Of a stretch of DNA of 64,000 bases, positions 1 to 10,173 are shown one piece after another. Within the stretch, counting starts at the first letter, position 1. Every line of letters starts with the position of its first letter. The position numbers and the translations under genes are program-made. The stretch covers positions 86,092 through 150,091 of the forward strand of contig CAWCVB010000010.1 of assembly GCA_963798915.1 (NCBI GenBank), given 5' to 3'. The notes beneath the pieces are model-generated. The model made no database searches. It was not told the DNA's origin and saw nothing but the letters and a program-made list of their open reading frames with translations. The stretch comes from an uncultured Gemmatimonadales bacterium (GTDB taxonomy: Bacteria > Gemmatimonadota > Gemmatimonadetes > Gemmatimonadales > GWC2-71-9).

Positions 1-621
1 CACGGCGAGTAACCTAAGCCAGCCATACACTTCGCTCAACGGACGATCCGCGAAGAGTCGTGCCGTCACCTGCACCGCGCCGATCAGTGGCGGAAGCATG
101 AACGGCAGCAGCAGCAGCGGCAGCATGAGTTCGGCGAACCGGGTGCGGACCGCCATGGCGCTGAACAAGGTGCCCACCGCGACGAACCCCACCGTGGCAA
201 GCACCGTCACCAGCGCGATCGGTCCCAGAATGTGCCAGACCGGGCGGTTGAAGAACACCACGAACAGCGGCAGCGCCACGAGCTCGACGGTAAAGACAAA
301 CGCAAGGTTGGCCAGCAGCTTGCCCGTGAAGATGGCCTCTCGCGCCACCGGAGCCAGCCGAAGCAGGTCGAGGGCCGCGTGCTCCTTCTCCATCCCGAAC
401 GCACGGTTCAGCGTGGTCATCGCCCCGAAGGCGAAGGTGATCCACAGCGCGCTTGGCGCCAGGTCCGCCAGGCCAAGGCGGGTCGGGTCCCGGGCAAAGT
501 TGAACACCACCAGCACGAGGGCCGCGAACACCAGTGCCGACGTGAGCGCCGTCCGATTCCGGAACTCGACGCGCATGTCGCGTCCGGCAAGCGCCAGCGC
601 CGCCCGCAGCGCCTCAACCAC
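1..621 (-). CDS. ccmB: Heme exporter permease CcmB (runs off window edge)
   Basis: Hand-translated minus frame from GTG 621: ...RDMRVEFRNRTALTSALVFAALVLVVFNFA...AVGTLFSAMAVRTRFAELMLPLLLLPF...; hydrophobic, overlaps ccmA stop. Not in ORF track because no stop lies in the window. Confidence 0.9.
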   Translation of the reverse strand, partial: MVEALRAALALAGRDMRVEFRNRTALTSALVFAALVLVVFNFARDPTRLGLADLAPSALWITFAFGAMTTLNRAFGMEKEHAALDLLRLAPVAREAIFTGKLLANLAFVFTVELVALPLFVVFFNRPVWHILGPIALVTVLATVGFVAVGTLFSAMAVRTRFAELMLPLLLLPFMLPPLIGAVQVTARLFADRPLSEVYGWLRLLAV

Positions 622-1330
622 TGCGCAGCGGCTCGAGCAGGAGATCCATGGTGGCAGCGCCGGCCGCACTGGGCTCGTCCAGCACGATCCTGCCCGCCCG
701 CAGGCCGACGACACGGGTCGCCACCGCCCAGGCTTCGGCGGGCTGGTGCGTCACGATGATCGTGATGCAGCCATCGGCCGCCGACGTGGTGATGAGGTCG
801 CGCAGCGCGCCGCCGGCCAGCGCATCGAGACCGGTGAACGGTTCATCCAGCAGCAGCAGTCGGGGACCATGCAGCAGGGACCGGGCGATCGCTGCGCGCT
901 GCTGCATGCCCCGGCTCAGCGCGGGGGGGCGGTCGTGCTGTCGGCCGGAGAGACCGGCGCGACCAATTGCCTCCTGCGCGACATCGCGTGGATGCGAAAG
1001 TCCGTGCAGGCGGGCGGCGAAAGTCAGGTTTTCGAGCAGGGTCAGGTCGTCGTGCAGCCAAGTCTGGTGCGCCACGAAGCCGATCGAACGGCGCGAGGCC
1101 GGGTCGCCGCTGCGCACCTTGCGTCCGTCCAGCAGCACTTGACCGCGGGTCGGGCGGGCCAGACCGGCGAGGCAGCGCAGGAGCGTCGTCTTGCCGGCGC
1201 CATTCGGTCCGACCAGCAGCAGCGTCTCGCCGGCTTCGGCCATAAGCGAAACGCCCGCCAATGCGCGGCGGGCGCCGAATGCACGCTCAAGGTCGGTGGC
1301 GGCGAGACGTGACCCCTCAGAGGGCCGCAT
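614..1330 (-). CDS. ccmA: Heme ABC exporter ATP-binding protein CcmA
   Basis: Walker A GPNGAGKTT, signature LSRGMQQR, Walker B LLLLDEPFTGLD; directly upstream of ccmB. Confidence 0.88.
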   Translation of the reverse strand: MRPSEGSRLAATDLERAFGARRALAGVSLMAEAGETLLLVGPNGAGKTTLLRCLAGLARPTRGQVLLDGRKVRSGDPASRRSIGFVAHQTWLHDDLTLLENLTFAARLHGLSHPRDVAQEAIGRAGLSGRQHDRPPALSRGMQQRAAIARSLLHGPRLLLLDEPFTGLDALAGGALRDLITTSAADGCITIIVTHQPAEAWAVATRVVGLRAGRIVLDEPSAAGAATMDLLLEPLRSG

Positions 1331-1685
1331 CAATGCGGGCGCCGAGCTCGTCGAGGCGGAAGGGCTTTACGATGTAGTCGGTATAGGGAACGTCGAGCAG
1401 CTGCAATTGGGGCTCGATGCTGAGGAACGCGGTCGCAATGATCACGGGCAATTCCGGCTGGGACTGATGGATCTCGCGAAGCAACGCCACACCGTCAGTG
1501 TCGGGGAGACGCATGTCCAGGACAGCAACATCTGGCGTCTCTTCGGCCAGGCACGCCAGCGCTTCGGCGCCCGAAGTGGCAAACGTCAGATCGTACCGTG
1601 AAGAGAAAAATCGCTTGTAATGATTACGGAGGGCGGGTTCATCCTCGACGATCAGGATGTGCCGCCGAACCGGACGCTCAGCCAT
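1317..1685 (-). CDS. Single-domain response regulator receiver
   Basis: ILIVEDE, VLDMRLPD (phospho-Asp), IIATA, YIVKPF; ATG 1685 preferred over the longer ORF. Confidence 0.85.
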   Translation of the reverse strand: MAERPVRRHILIVEDEPALRNHYKRFFSSRYDLTFATSGAEALACLAEETPDVAVLDMRLPDTDGVALLREIHQSQPELPVIIATAFLSIEPQLQLLDVPYTDYIVKPFRLDELGARIDAAL

Positions 1686-1793
1686 ATCGGGAACCCGGGA
1701 CCGGGCATATGCTCCACGTTCTGGACGCCGAGCGGATCGCAGCGGCGCCAGCCATCGTGCAACATTAATGGAAAGGATCGGCATCGTCCACCC

Positions 1794-1828
1794 GTTGTGG
1801 GTCGTGGGTCACGGGTCGTGGGACGTGG
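1794..1828. repeat. Degenerate heptamer array (GTCGTGG)x5
   Basis: gttgtgg gtcgtgg gtcacgg gtcgtgg gacgtgg. Confidence 0.75.
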
Positions 1829-1838
1829 GCCTCATGAC

Positions 1839-2153
1839 TCACGTCCGTCCCGGCTCCAGTTCGAAGAGATCGGCCAGCTTGGTCAGGGCCAGGAGAAACC
1901 GGAGCTCATCGTTAGGATTCCGGAGCACCACCGGCAGCCGTCGCCGGGCAGCATGGCGCTGCGCCAGCATGAGTGCTCCGAGTCCGGCCGAATCCACGGT
2001 CCGGGTCCCGGCAAGTTCAATTACGAGCGGCCCATCCCCCTCCGGAAGCGCATCCAGGGCTTCCACGGCGGCCCGCAGAAATTCGACGCGGGTATCGAGG
2101 CCCAGATTGACTGGGGCCGTAAGCGCACGCGCTTCCATCTGGCTGGCCTTCAC
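1839..2153 (-). CDS. STAS-domain anti-sigma-factor antagonist
   Basis: VDSAGLGAL motif, LLALTKLADLF C-terminus; GTG 2153 preceded by GGAGGT. Confidence 0.85.
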   Translation of the reverse strand: MKASQMEARALTAPVNLGLDTRVEFLRAAVEALDALPEGDGPLVIELAGTRTVDSAGLGALMLAQRHAARRRLPVVLRNPNDELRFLLALTKLADLFELEPGRT

Positions 2154-2206
2154 GCTACCTCCCAGGCCCGATGAAAGCATCGCGCTGATCCTGCAAGCGC
2201 GGCCGG

Positions 2207-2308
2207 TCTGCGTTCGGCACCGAGCTATCCTGCGGCATACTTCCTGTGCCGTCAGGACCTCTGGTTTTGCGGCCCCGGATTACTCCGGGTGTGCTCTTAT
2301 CGGGCAGA
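2207..2308 (-). ncRNA. GEMM-I (c-di-GMP-I family) riboswitch, A20 variant (candidate 3',3'-cGAMP sensor)
   Basis: Minus strand TCTGCCCGATAAGAGCACA-CCCGGA-GTAA-TCCGGG-GCCGCAAA-ACCAGAGGTCCTG...CAGGATAGCTCGGT-GCCGAACGCAGA: P1, P2 with GNRA loop, CGCAAA junction, P3 and GCCG 3' core all present; 5' of the STAS gene. Confidence 0.8.
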
Positions 2309-2499
2309 TCAGATTGTCTGCGTCCGCAAGTGCGGGCGCACCGACCCTGAAGGCGAGACCAGTGCCAGCATCGTAATCTATTGACAGGCAAGGGATTGCA
2401 AGCGGTCCATGCGAGAAGTTGCAGATCGCTCCGCCGCAGCGTGCGGCAGGAATTGGAGATTCGCACTAGTTTCCCTGCTTCCTCACCCCGACGCCGATC

Positions 2500-4446
<1,947 letters not shown>

Positions 4447-4454
4447 GGGGCCGC

Positions 4455-6401
4455 CTAGATCTGGATTTGCGCCCCCAGCTCGACCACCCGATTGGGCGGC
4501 AGCCCGAAGAAGGCCGTCGCCGAGCGGGCATTCCGCGTCATGACCACGAAGAGCCGCTTCCGCCAGTAGGTCATCCAGCGATCGCCGGCCGCGCCGCTGG
4601 CCCCGTGGCGGAAATGCGTGGCGATCAGCGTCTCCCGCCCAAGAAAGAACGAGGTCTGCATGATGCTGACCAGCCCCGGTGAGCCCTTGATGTCGCCGTC
4701 ATCAAGCCGTCGGAGGACGGCCGGCACATTGGGCGTTTCCATGAAGCCGGTGCGCACAATAACCTGGAAGAAGCCTGCGCCGAGATCCCGGCTCTCGATG
4801 CGGTCGCGCTCGTAGACCGTCGGTACTTCCTCGGTGATGACGGACATGAGAATGACGCGCTCGTGCAGCACCTTGTTGTGCTTCAGGTGGTGCAGCAGCA
4901 CCGGCGGCGCCACACCGGTGGCGCTGGTCATGAAGACCGCGATCCCGGGCACACGGGCGGGCTTGCGCCGCTCGATGTCCTGCAGGAAGAGCGAGAGCGG
5001 GAGGCTGTTCTGCTGCACGATGTCGCCCAGCTTGTCCCGGCCGCGTTTCCAGGTAGTCATCAGGGTATAGACCGCAGCCGCAACGGCCAGCGGGAACCAG
5101 CCACCTTCCTCGATCTTCACAATGTTTGCCGAGAAGAAGGCAACGTCCACGACCAGGAACAGCCCGGTCAGCAGCCCCGCATTGAGGCGGCTCCAGTGCC
5201 AGCGGTCCCGCGCCACCCGATGAAACAGCAGGGTGGTGATGATCATGGTGCCGGTCACGGCAATGCCGTATGCCGCGGCCAGATTGGACGTGTTCCGGAA
5301 GCCGAGCACCAGGAGGATGCAGGCCACGCCCAGGGCCGAGTTGACTTCGGGAATGTAGATCTGGCCAACCTCGGTATGCGAGGTGTGCACAATCGTGACC
5401 CGGGGACTGTAGCCGAGTTGCACGGCCTGCCGCGTGAGCGAGAAGGCGCCCGAGATGAGCGCCTGCGATGCGACGATCGCGGCGAACGTCGCGATGACAA
5501 TCATGGGGTACTGGAACCAGCCCGGCACCAGTTCGTAGAACGGGTTGACCGCCAGTGCCGGGGTTTCCAGCAGCATGCCCGCCTGGCCGAAGTAGTTGAG
5601 CAGCAGCGCCGGCAGCGCGAGGCCGAACCACGCCACCCGGATGGGGCGCTTGCCGAAGTGACCCATGTCGGCGTACAGCGCCTCACCACCGGTGACGACG
5701 AGCACCACCGCGCCAAGGATCAGGAAGCCCGCGAGGCGGTCCCGAATGAACAGGTCAATGGCGGCCCACGGGTTGAGGGCGGCCAGCACGCCCGGGTGCA
5801 TGGCGATGCCGCGCACGCCGAGGCACGCGATCGACACGAACCAGACGATCATGACCGGGCCGAAGAAGCGTCCGATCCGCGCCGTCCCGTGGCGCTGGAA
5901 CCAGAACAGAGCTCCCAGAATCATGGCGGCAATCGGGATGACCAGGTGCTGGAGCGCTGGCGCCTTGACCCGCAGGCCTTCCACCGCCCCCAGCACCGAG
6001 ATCGCGGGCGTGATGACGCCGTCACCGTAGAGCAACGCGGCGCCGAACAGGCCGATGCTGATCAGCACCCAGTGCCCCTTGCCCCGTCCGCCACGCGGGC
6101 GCACCAGTGCCAGCAGGGCAAGGATGCCACCCTCGCCCCGGTTGTCGGCCCGCATGACAAATCCGATGTACTTGAACGAGATGACGAAGGCGAGCGACCA
6201 GAACACCAATGAGAGCACGCCGAGGATGTTGTCGGGCGTCGGCGGAATGCTGTGATGTCCGGTGAACGCTTCCTGCAGCGCGTACAATGGACTGGTCCCG
6301 ATATCCCCGTACACGACGCCGAGCGCCCCGAGCGAAAGTCCGGCCAGGGCCTTGCCGGTAGGATGCTCCTTCTCGTGAGCGTGACTGACGGAGTGGCTCA
6401 C
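4455..6401 (-). CDS. kup: Potassium uptake protein Kup
   Basis: GVVYGDIGTSPLY, DNRGEGG, GDGVITPAISVL, TGGEALYADMGHFG; GTG 6401 overlaps the VKOR stop (GTGA). Confidence 0.95.
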   Translation of the reverse strand: MSHSVSHAHEKEHPTGKALAGLSLGALGVVYGDIGTSPLYALQEAFTGHHSIPPTPDNILGVLSLVFWSLAFVISFKYIGFVMRADNRGEGGILALLALVRPRGGRGKGHWVLISIGLFGAALLYGDGVITPAISVLGAVEGLRVKAPALQHLVIPIAAMILGALFWFQRHGTARIGRFFGPVMIVWFVSIACLGVRGIAMHPGVLAALNPWAAIDLFIRDRLAGFLILGAVVLVVTGGEALYADMGHFGKRPIRVAWFGLALPALLLNYFGQAGMLLETPALAVNPFYELVPGWFQYPMIVIATFAAIVASQALISGAFSLTRQAVQLGYSPRVTIVHTSHTEVGQIYIPEVNSALGVACILLVLGFRNTSNLAAAYGIAVTGTMIITTLLFHRVARDRWHWSRLNAGLLTGLFLVVDVAFFSANIVKIEEGGWFPLAVAAAVYTLMTTWKRGRDKLGDIVQQNSLPLSLFLQDIERRKPARVPGIAVFMTSATGVAPPVLLHHLKHNKVLHERVILMSVITEEVPTVYERDRIESRDLGAGFFQVIVRTGFMETPNVPAVLRRLDDGDIKGSPGLVSIMQTSFFLGRETLIATHFRHGASGAAGDRWMTYWRKRLFVVMTRNARSATAFFGLPPNRVVELGAQIQI

Positions 6402-6829
6402 GCCCGAGCGCCTGCCAGACGTCGCAAGTCCAGGATGGACACCAGGAAGATGAGAGTGATGAGCACCGCAGAGCCCACGCACCACCGGCAGATGGCGTGG
6501 ATGACAAAGAGTTCGAGCGCCGTCAGGTAGAGGGCAAACAGAGTGCCCGCTCCGGAGAGCCCGGCCAGCCAGCGACTCGGCCAGCGCGCGAACTCGAGCG
6601 CCGGGCGGGCGGCCGCGAGGGCCAGCGCCAGCAGCACCAGATAGCCCAGCAGGCCGATGAGTGAGACCTCGACGCCAAGAAACCGGCTCCATGGTGACAG
6701 CTGCACCGTCTCGCAACTCCCGGTACCGCAGACCATGGTGCCAATCCGGCCGATCTTGTACAGATAGAGGTAGGCGGCCAGGAAGACACCCCCGAGCGCC
6801 AGCACGGCCGCAGCCATGCGATACTTCAT
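6398..6829 (-). CDS. Vitamin K epoxide reductase (VKOR) family membrane protein
   Basis: Loop CGTGSC...S, several TM segments, active-site ICRWC. Confidence 0.88.
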   Translation of the reverse strand: MKYRMAAAVLALGGVFLAAYLYLYKIGRIGTMVCGTGSCETVQLSPWSRFLGVEVSLIGLLGYLVLLALALAAARPALEFARWPSRWLAGLSGAGTLFALYLTALELFVIHAICRWCVGSAVLITLIFLVSILDLRRLAGARA

Positions 6830-7509
6830 TGTGCGGACTTGGCCGCAGTCAGCGAATCCACCAGCTGCTTGAGCTGGTCATAGCTCATCGCGTTGTAGAG
6901 GCGGCCTCCGATGAGAAAGGTGGGCGTGCCGTTCACGCCCAGCGCCACTCCCTCCTGATAGCTCGCCTCGATCCGCCCGGCGAAGCGGGCCGAGGTCATG
7001 CAGGCGTCATACTTGTCCACGTCGAGCCCGATGATATCAGCATACTTCCGGAACTGCTTTTCGGCCCCGCCGCCCGACCAGTCGGTCTGGCCCTCGTACA
7101 GGAGCGTGTGCATGGGCCAGAACTTGCCTTGCTCATTGGCGCAGGCCGCGGCATGATCGGCCAGGCGCGCGAACGGATGAATGCTCGAGAGCGGAAAGTC
7201 GCGATACCGCCAGCGGACCTTGCCGGTCTGGATCAGTCGCGCGCGGACGTCTGGAAAGGTCACGATGTCGTAATTGGCGCAGCCGGGGCACTGGTAATCG
7301 GCGTATTGCGTGATCTCGACCGGCGCCGAGTCGGAGCCCAGCAGGTAGCCCCGGAATCCGGCTGTGTCCGACGGGAGCACCACCACGTTTGCCGGGATGC
7401 TGGTTGTTGATCGCCTGGACATCTGCCAGCCGAGAAAGCCGAGACCGATGACCCCCACCGCGCCGATCGTAAGATAGAAGCCCTTCATTCCGTTGGGCGC
7501 TGCCGCCAT
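6826..7509 (-). CDS. DsbA-family thiol-disulfide oxidoreductase
   Basis: N-terminal anchor, YADYQCPGC, RDFPL, GVNGTPTF. Confidence 0.88.
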   Translation of the reverse strand: MAAAPNGMKGFYLTIGAVGVIGLGFLGWQMSRRSTTSIPANVVVLPSDTAGFRGYLLGSDSAPVEITQYADYQCPGCANYDIVTFPDVRARLIQTGKVRWRYRDFPLSSIHPFARLADHAAACANEQGKFWPMHTLLYEGQTDWSGGGAEKQFRKYADIIGLDVDKYDACMTSARFAGRIEASYQEGVALGVNGTPTFLIGGRLYNAMSYDQLKQLVDSLTAAKSAQ

Positions 7510-7790
7510 GGTTCGTCATCCTCCGGCTCATCAGTGAGAAAATCCGGCTCTCGGGTCGCTTCATCGACGATCCGACGATTGTCCGCCGTCTCGGGCGTGT
7601 CGTAGGTCTGCCGCACTTCGTAATGAAACAACTCGCTGCGGAGCTCGCCCATCAATCGGAGCAATTCGGGAACTGCCGCGAGCAGTTGATCGTTCTTCTC
7701 AAGTTCGGTAATGCGTCCCGACAGCCGCCGCAGCAGTTCCTTCAGTCGTTCGGCCCGGTCCTTGCCATAGATTTCGTCGTGTTCGGTCAT
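7485..7790 (-). CDS. Hypothetical helical protein (101 aa)
   Basis: MTEHDEIYGKDRAERLKELLRRL...; coding-like composition, overlaps the dsbA start. Confidence 0.65.
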   Translation of the reverse strand: MTEHDEIYGKDRAERLKELLRRLSGRITELEKNDQLLAAVPELLRLMGELRSELFHYEVRQTYDTPETADNRRIVDEATREPDFLTDEPEDDEPWRQRPTE

Positions 7791-7925
7791 GGGATCTACC
7801 GCCTGATGGGCACCAAATGTAACCGAACCGGGCAGAAATCGCCGTTTCCCACTCGTTTGCACCAAAAGGTGCAACCTCACTATATTGCGGCCTCGAATCA
7901 TCAGTCTCAAAGAAAAGGAAGGTGC

Positions 7926-8192
7926 ATGAGCAAGAAGACGAATCGACGTGCAATGCCCTCGGCGTCCCCCTCGGTGTTCGAGCAGGCCCGGGACGAGTTA
8001 TTCAGCCATATCCTCCGCTGCGGCGTCATCGACGCGCTGCCGGAGCACCAGAAGGACTGGTTCGACGATACCATGGGGTATCTGACCGACCGGTACGAGG
8101 AGCTGACCGCCGAGGAATTGAACCAGCTGCGTGTGCTGGGTGAGCGCTACTGCCAGCCGGTGCGCCGGGCCGAGCCCGTCGGCACCGCCTGA
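7926..8192 (+). CDS. Hypothetical small protein (88 aa)
   Basis: AAGGAAGG upstream of ATG 7926; MSKKTNRRAMPSASPSVFEQARDELFSHILRCGV...; followed by a strong hairpin. Confidence 0.75.
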   Translation: MSKKTNRRAMPSASPSVFEQARDELFSHILRCGVIDALPEHQKDWFDDTMGYLTDRYEELTAEELNQLRVLGERYCQPVRRAEPVGTA

Positions 8193-8212
8193 CACTCGCC
8201 ACGATCGTCGAA

Positions 8213-8260
8213 GGCCGGTGAAGCCGGGGCGCGACCCGTTGCGCCCCGGCTTCACCGGCC
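8213..8260. terminator. Perfect 20-bp hairpin between convergent genes
   Basis: GGCCGGTGAAGCCGGGGCGC-gacccgtt-GCGCCCCGGCTTCACCGGCC. Confidence 0.7.
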
Positions 8261-8263
8261 GCT

Positions 8264-8704
8264 TCATTTCCGGCCCGGAAACCATCGCGTCCGCCATCCC
8301 ACGGCAAGGCGCACGCCTCCGCCCAGTCCCGCCTCCACTATCCAGCCGTGCGAGGCCCCCGGATTGGTCTCTGCCCCCACGATCAGTTCCAGATAACCGC
8401 GCGTGGCGTTCTGCTGCTCCACCGCCAGGCCACCGCCGCCATACATCCCCACGCCATGCAGCAGCCCCGGGTTGAGCAGAAAGTGTCCGGTCAGCTCCGC
8501 ACGAGCGCCGACACCTCCGGCCCGTCCACCGAGCGCGGCGGCCAGGTTCACGCGAGTTCGATGGGTGACGCGCAGCGCACCAACAATGGCGCCACCGACC
8601 AGCGACGAGTCGCGAAGCAGCGCGAGCGTCTCGATCCCGAACTCCCGCGGCGCCTGCGCGGAAAGCATCGCGGGGAGCATGAGCAGGGTAAGCCAGGGAA
8701 TCAC
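8264..8704 (-). CDS. Hypothetical exported, possibly small beta-barrel protein
   Basis: Signal-like WLTLLMLPAMLSAQ, Gly-rich alternating strands, aromatic residues near the C-terminus; start uncertain. Confidence 0.55.
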   Translation of the reverse strand: MIPWLTLLMLPAMLSAQAPREFGIETLALLRDSSLVGGAIVGALRVTHRTRVNLAAALGGRAGGVGARAELTGHFLLNPGLLHGVGMYGGGGLAVEQQNATRGYLELIVGAETNPGASHGWIVEAGLGGGVRLAVGWRTRWFPGRK

Positions 8705-8774
8705 GAAGAGACGAAGAACACGAAAGCACGAACGGTGGCCAATTCGTGTTTTCGTGCCCTTCGTGTATCCGTGC

Positions 8775-9182
8775 CTACACCAGCTGGATTTCATGCGTCA
8801 CGGCGATGTCCGGCGCGAGCGATGCCAGCACGGAACAATATTTTTCGACGGAGAGATTGACCGCGCGTTCAGCCTTGAGCATGTCCAGCCCCTCGCCGGC
8901 GATCTCGAAGACGTAGTGCATTTTTTCGAATCGGCGCGGCTCGCGTTCGCGGCGTTCCCCGTGGGCGAGCACCCGCAGCGACGTGAGCGTCACGCGCATT
9001 TTCTCCAGGATCAGCACGACATCGGTCGCGGCACACGCGGCACCGGCAAGCAACAGTGCCACCACGGGGCTGGGTGCCTCCTTGGCGTTGCCATCCAGCA
9101 GGATGGTCGGACGGTCAGGGGCGCCGCCGCGGAAGCGCAGCTCCCCTTCCCAGGCGATTTCAGCATCGCGTGTCAGGCTCAT
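8775..9182 (-). CDS. OsmC/Ohr-family protein
   Basis: PSPV..LL.AGAAC and SVEKYCSV conserved cysteines. Confidence 0.88.
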   Translation of the reverse strand: MSLTRDAEIAWEGELRFRGGAPDRPTILLDGNAKEAPSPVVALLLAGAACAATDVVLILEKMRVTLTSLRVLAHGERREREPRRFEKMHYVFEIAGEGLDMLKAERAVNLSVEKYCSVLASLAPDIAVTHEIQLV

Positions 9183-9204
9183 TGTCGGTTTCCCTGTGAC
9201 AGGA

Positions 9205-9762
9205 TCAGTGCCCAAGCGGGTGGCGCGCGCTGGGGGCAGCACGCTGGTAGTCCCAGATGGCGTAGAGCGCTACGGCCGTCGTGGCCCAGGCCATCGGCCT
9301 CAGGTAGCTCGAGTTCAGCAGAAAGGCGAGCAGCGTGAGGACCTGCGCCACGGTCACCGCCTTGCCCCCGGCGCGAGCGGGAATCGCCGCCGGCCGGCCA
9401 CCGGCCATGGTCATGACGAAGGCCACGGCCGCTACGATATCGCGCAGCAGGACACCGCCAATCTCGAACGGTTCCAGCCGGCCGGAGAGCGCCACCACGG
9501 CGAAGGCGCATCCCATGAACAGCTTGTCGGCGAGCGGGTCGATAAATGTCCCGAAACGCGAGGCTCCGAAGCGCCGCGCGATGAAGCCATCAAGCAAGTC
9601 ACTGGCAGCGGCACCCGCCAGAATGACCAGCCGCACTGCCTGACTGGGCACCAGCAGAAAGCCCAGCGCCATGGGAATCCGGAGGATACTGAGGATGTCC
9701 GCCACAGTGATGCGACGCTCTTGCTCGCCCTTCCGGGCCGGACTAGCTTCTGCCAACTTCAC
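9205..9762 (-). CDS. CDP-alcohol phosphatidyltransferase
   Basis: DLLDGFIARR...G..IDPLADK signature. Confidence 0.88.
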   Translation of the reverse strand: MKLAEASPARKGEQERRITVADILSILRIPMALGFLLVPSQAVRLVILAGAAASDLLDGFIARRFGASRFGTFIDPLADKLFMGCAFAVVALSGRLEPFEIGGVLLRDIVAAVAFVMTMAGGRPAAIPARAGGKAVTVAQVLTLLAFLLNSSYLRPMAWATTAVALYAIWDYQRAAPSARHPLGH

Positions 9763-9855
9763 CCTCGCGGGTCATGGAACGTCGCTCATGACGACCTGTC
9801 GTGAGCGTGCCGAGCGACAACGATACCCGTGTCCGGAAGTACTCTTCAAGGCGGG

Positions 9856-10173
9856 ATGCGCGCCGTGGCCTGGACACAGCATTTTGGCGAACTGAACGAC
9901 CTGCCGCCCCTGCGGCTCGGCGACGCAGACGCGCTCGGCGCGGTGCTTGTCGCCGCAGCCGGCGCCATGGGCATCTCTCCGCTGGGTGCGCCGGTGGTCC
10001 GGGCGGGCGGCGAGAACTGGGTCGGCGCGCTGGTCTGCACCGATGCGCACATCATCCTGCACGCGCTGCCCAATGACCGCCGCTGCATCGTCAGCATCGT
10101 GGGACGTGACGCCGCCATGGTGACCCGTGGCCTTGAGGTCATCAGCCGCCGGCTGACGACCGCCGCCCCGTAA
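9856..10173 (+). CDS. AdoMet-decarboxylase (SpeD)-like protein lacking the self-cleavage Ser
   Basis: Pattern L..AA.A.G......G..VGALVCTDAHIILHALP parallels class-1 SpeD G.T..LLAESHISIHTWPE. Confidence 0.5.
   Translation: MRAVAWTQHFGELNDLPPLRLGDADALGAVLVAAAGAMGISPLGAPVVRAGGENWVGALVCTDAHIILHALPNDRRCIVSIVGRDAAMVTRGLEVISRRLTTAAP

Noticed and set aside
98..1312. 404-aa plus-strand ORF, and similar long ORFs at 16540-18492, 36842-39022, 46398-48305 and 59252-60721
   Set aside because: Antisense shadows of well-supported genes, expected in high-GC DNA; no motifs
2381..2410. TTGACA as the -35 box of an acs promoter
   Set aside because: No credible -10 hexamer at 16-18 nt spacing
6402..6716. N-terminal extension of Kup in the ORF track (753 aa)
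   Set aside because: Overlaps the VKOR gene; GTG 6401 coupled to the VKOR stop gives a normal-length Kup
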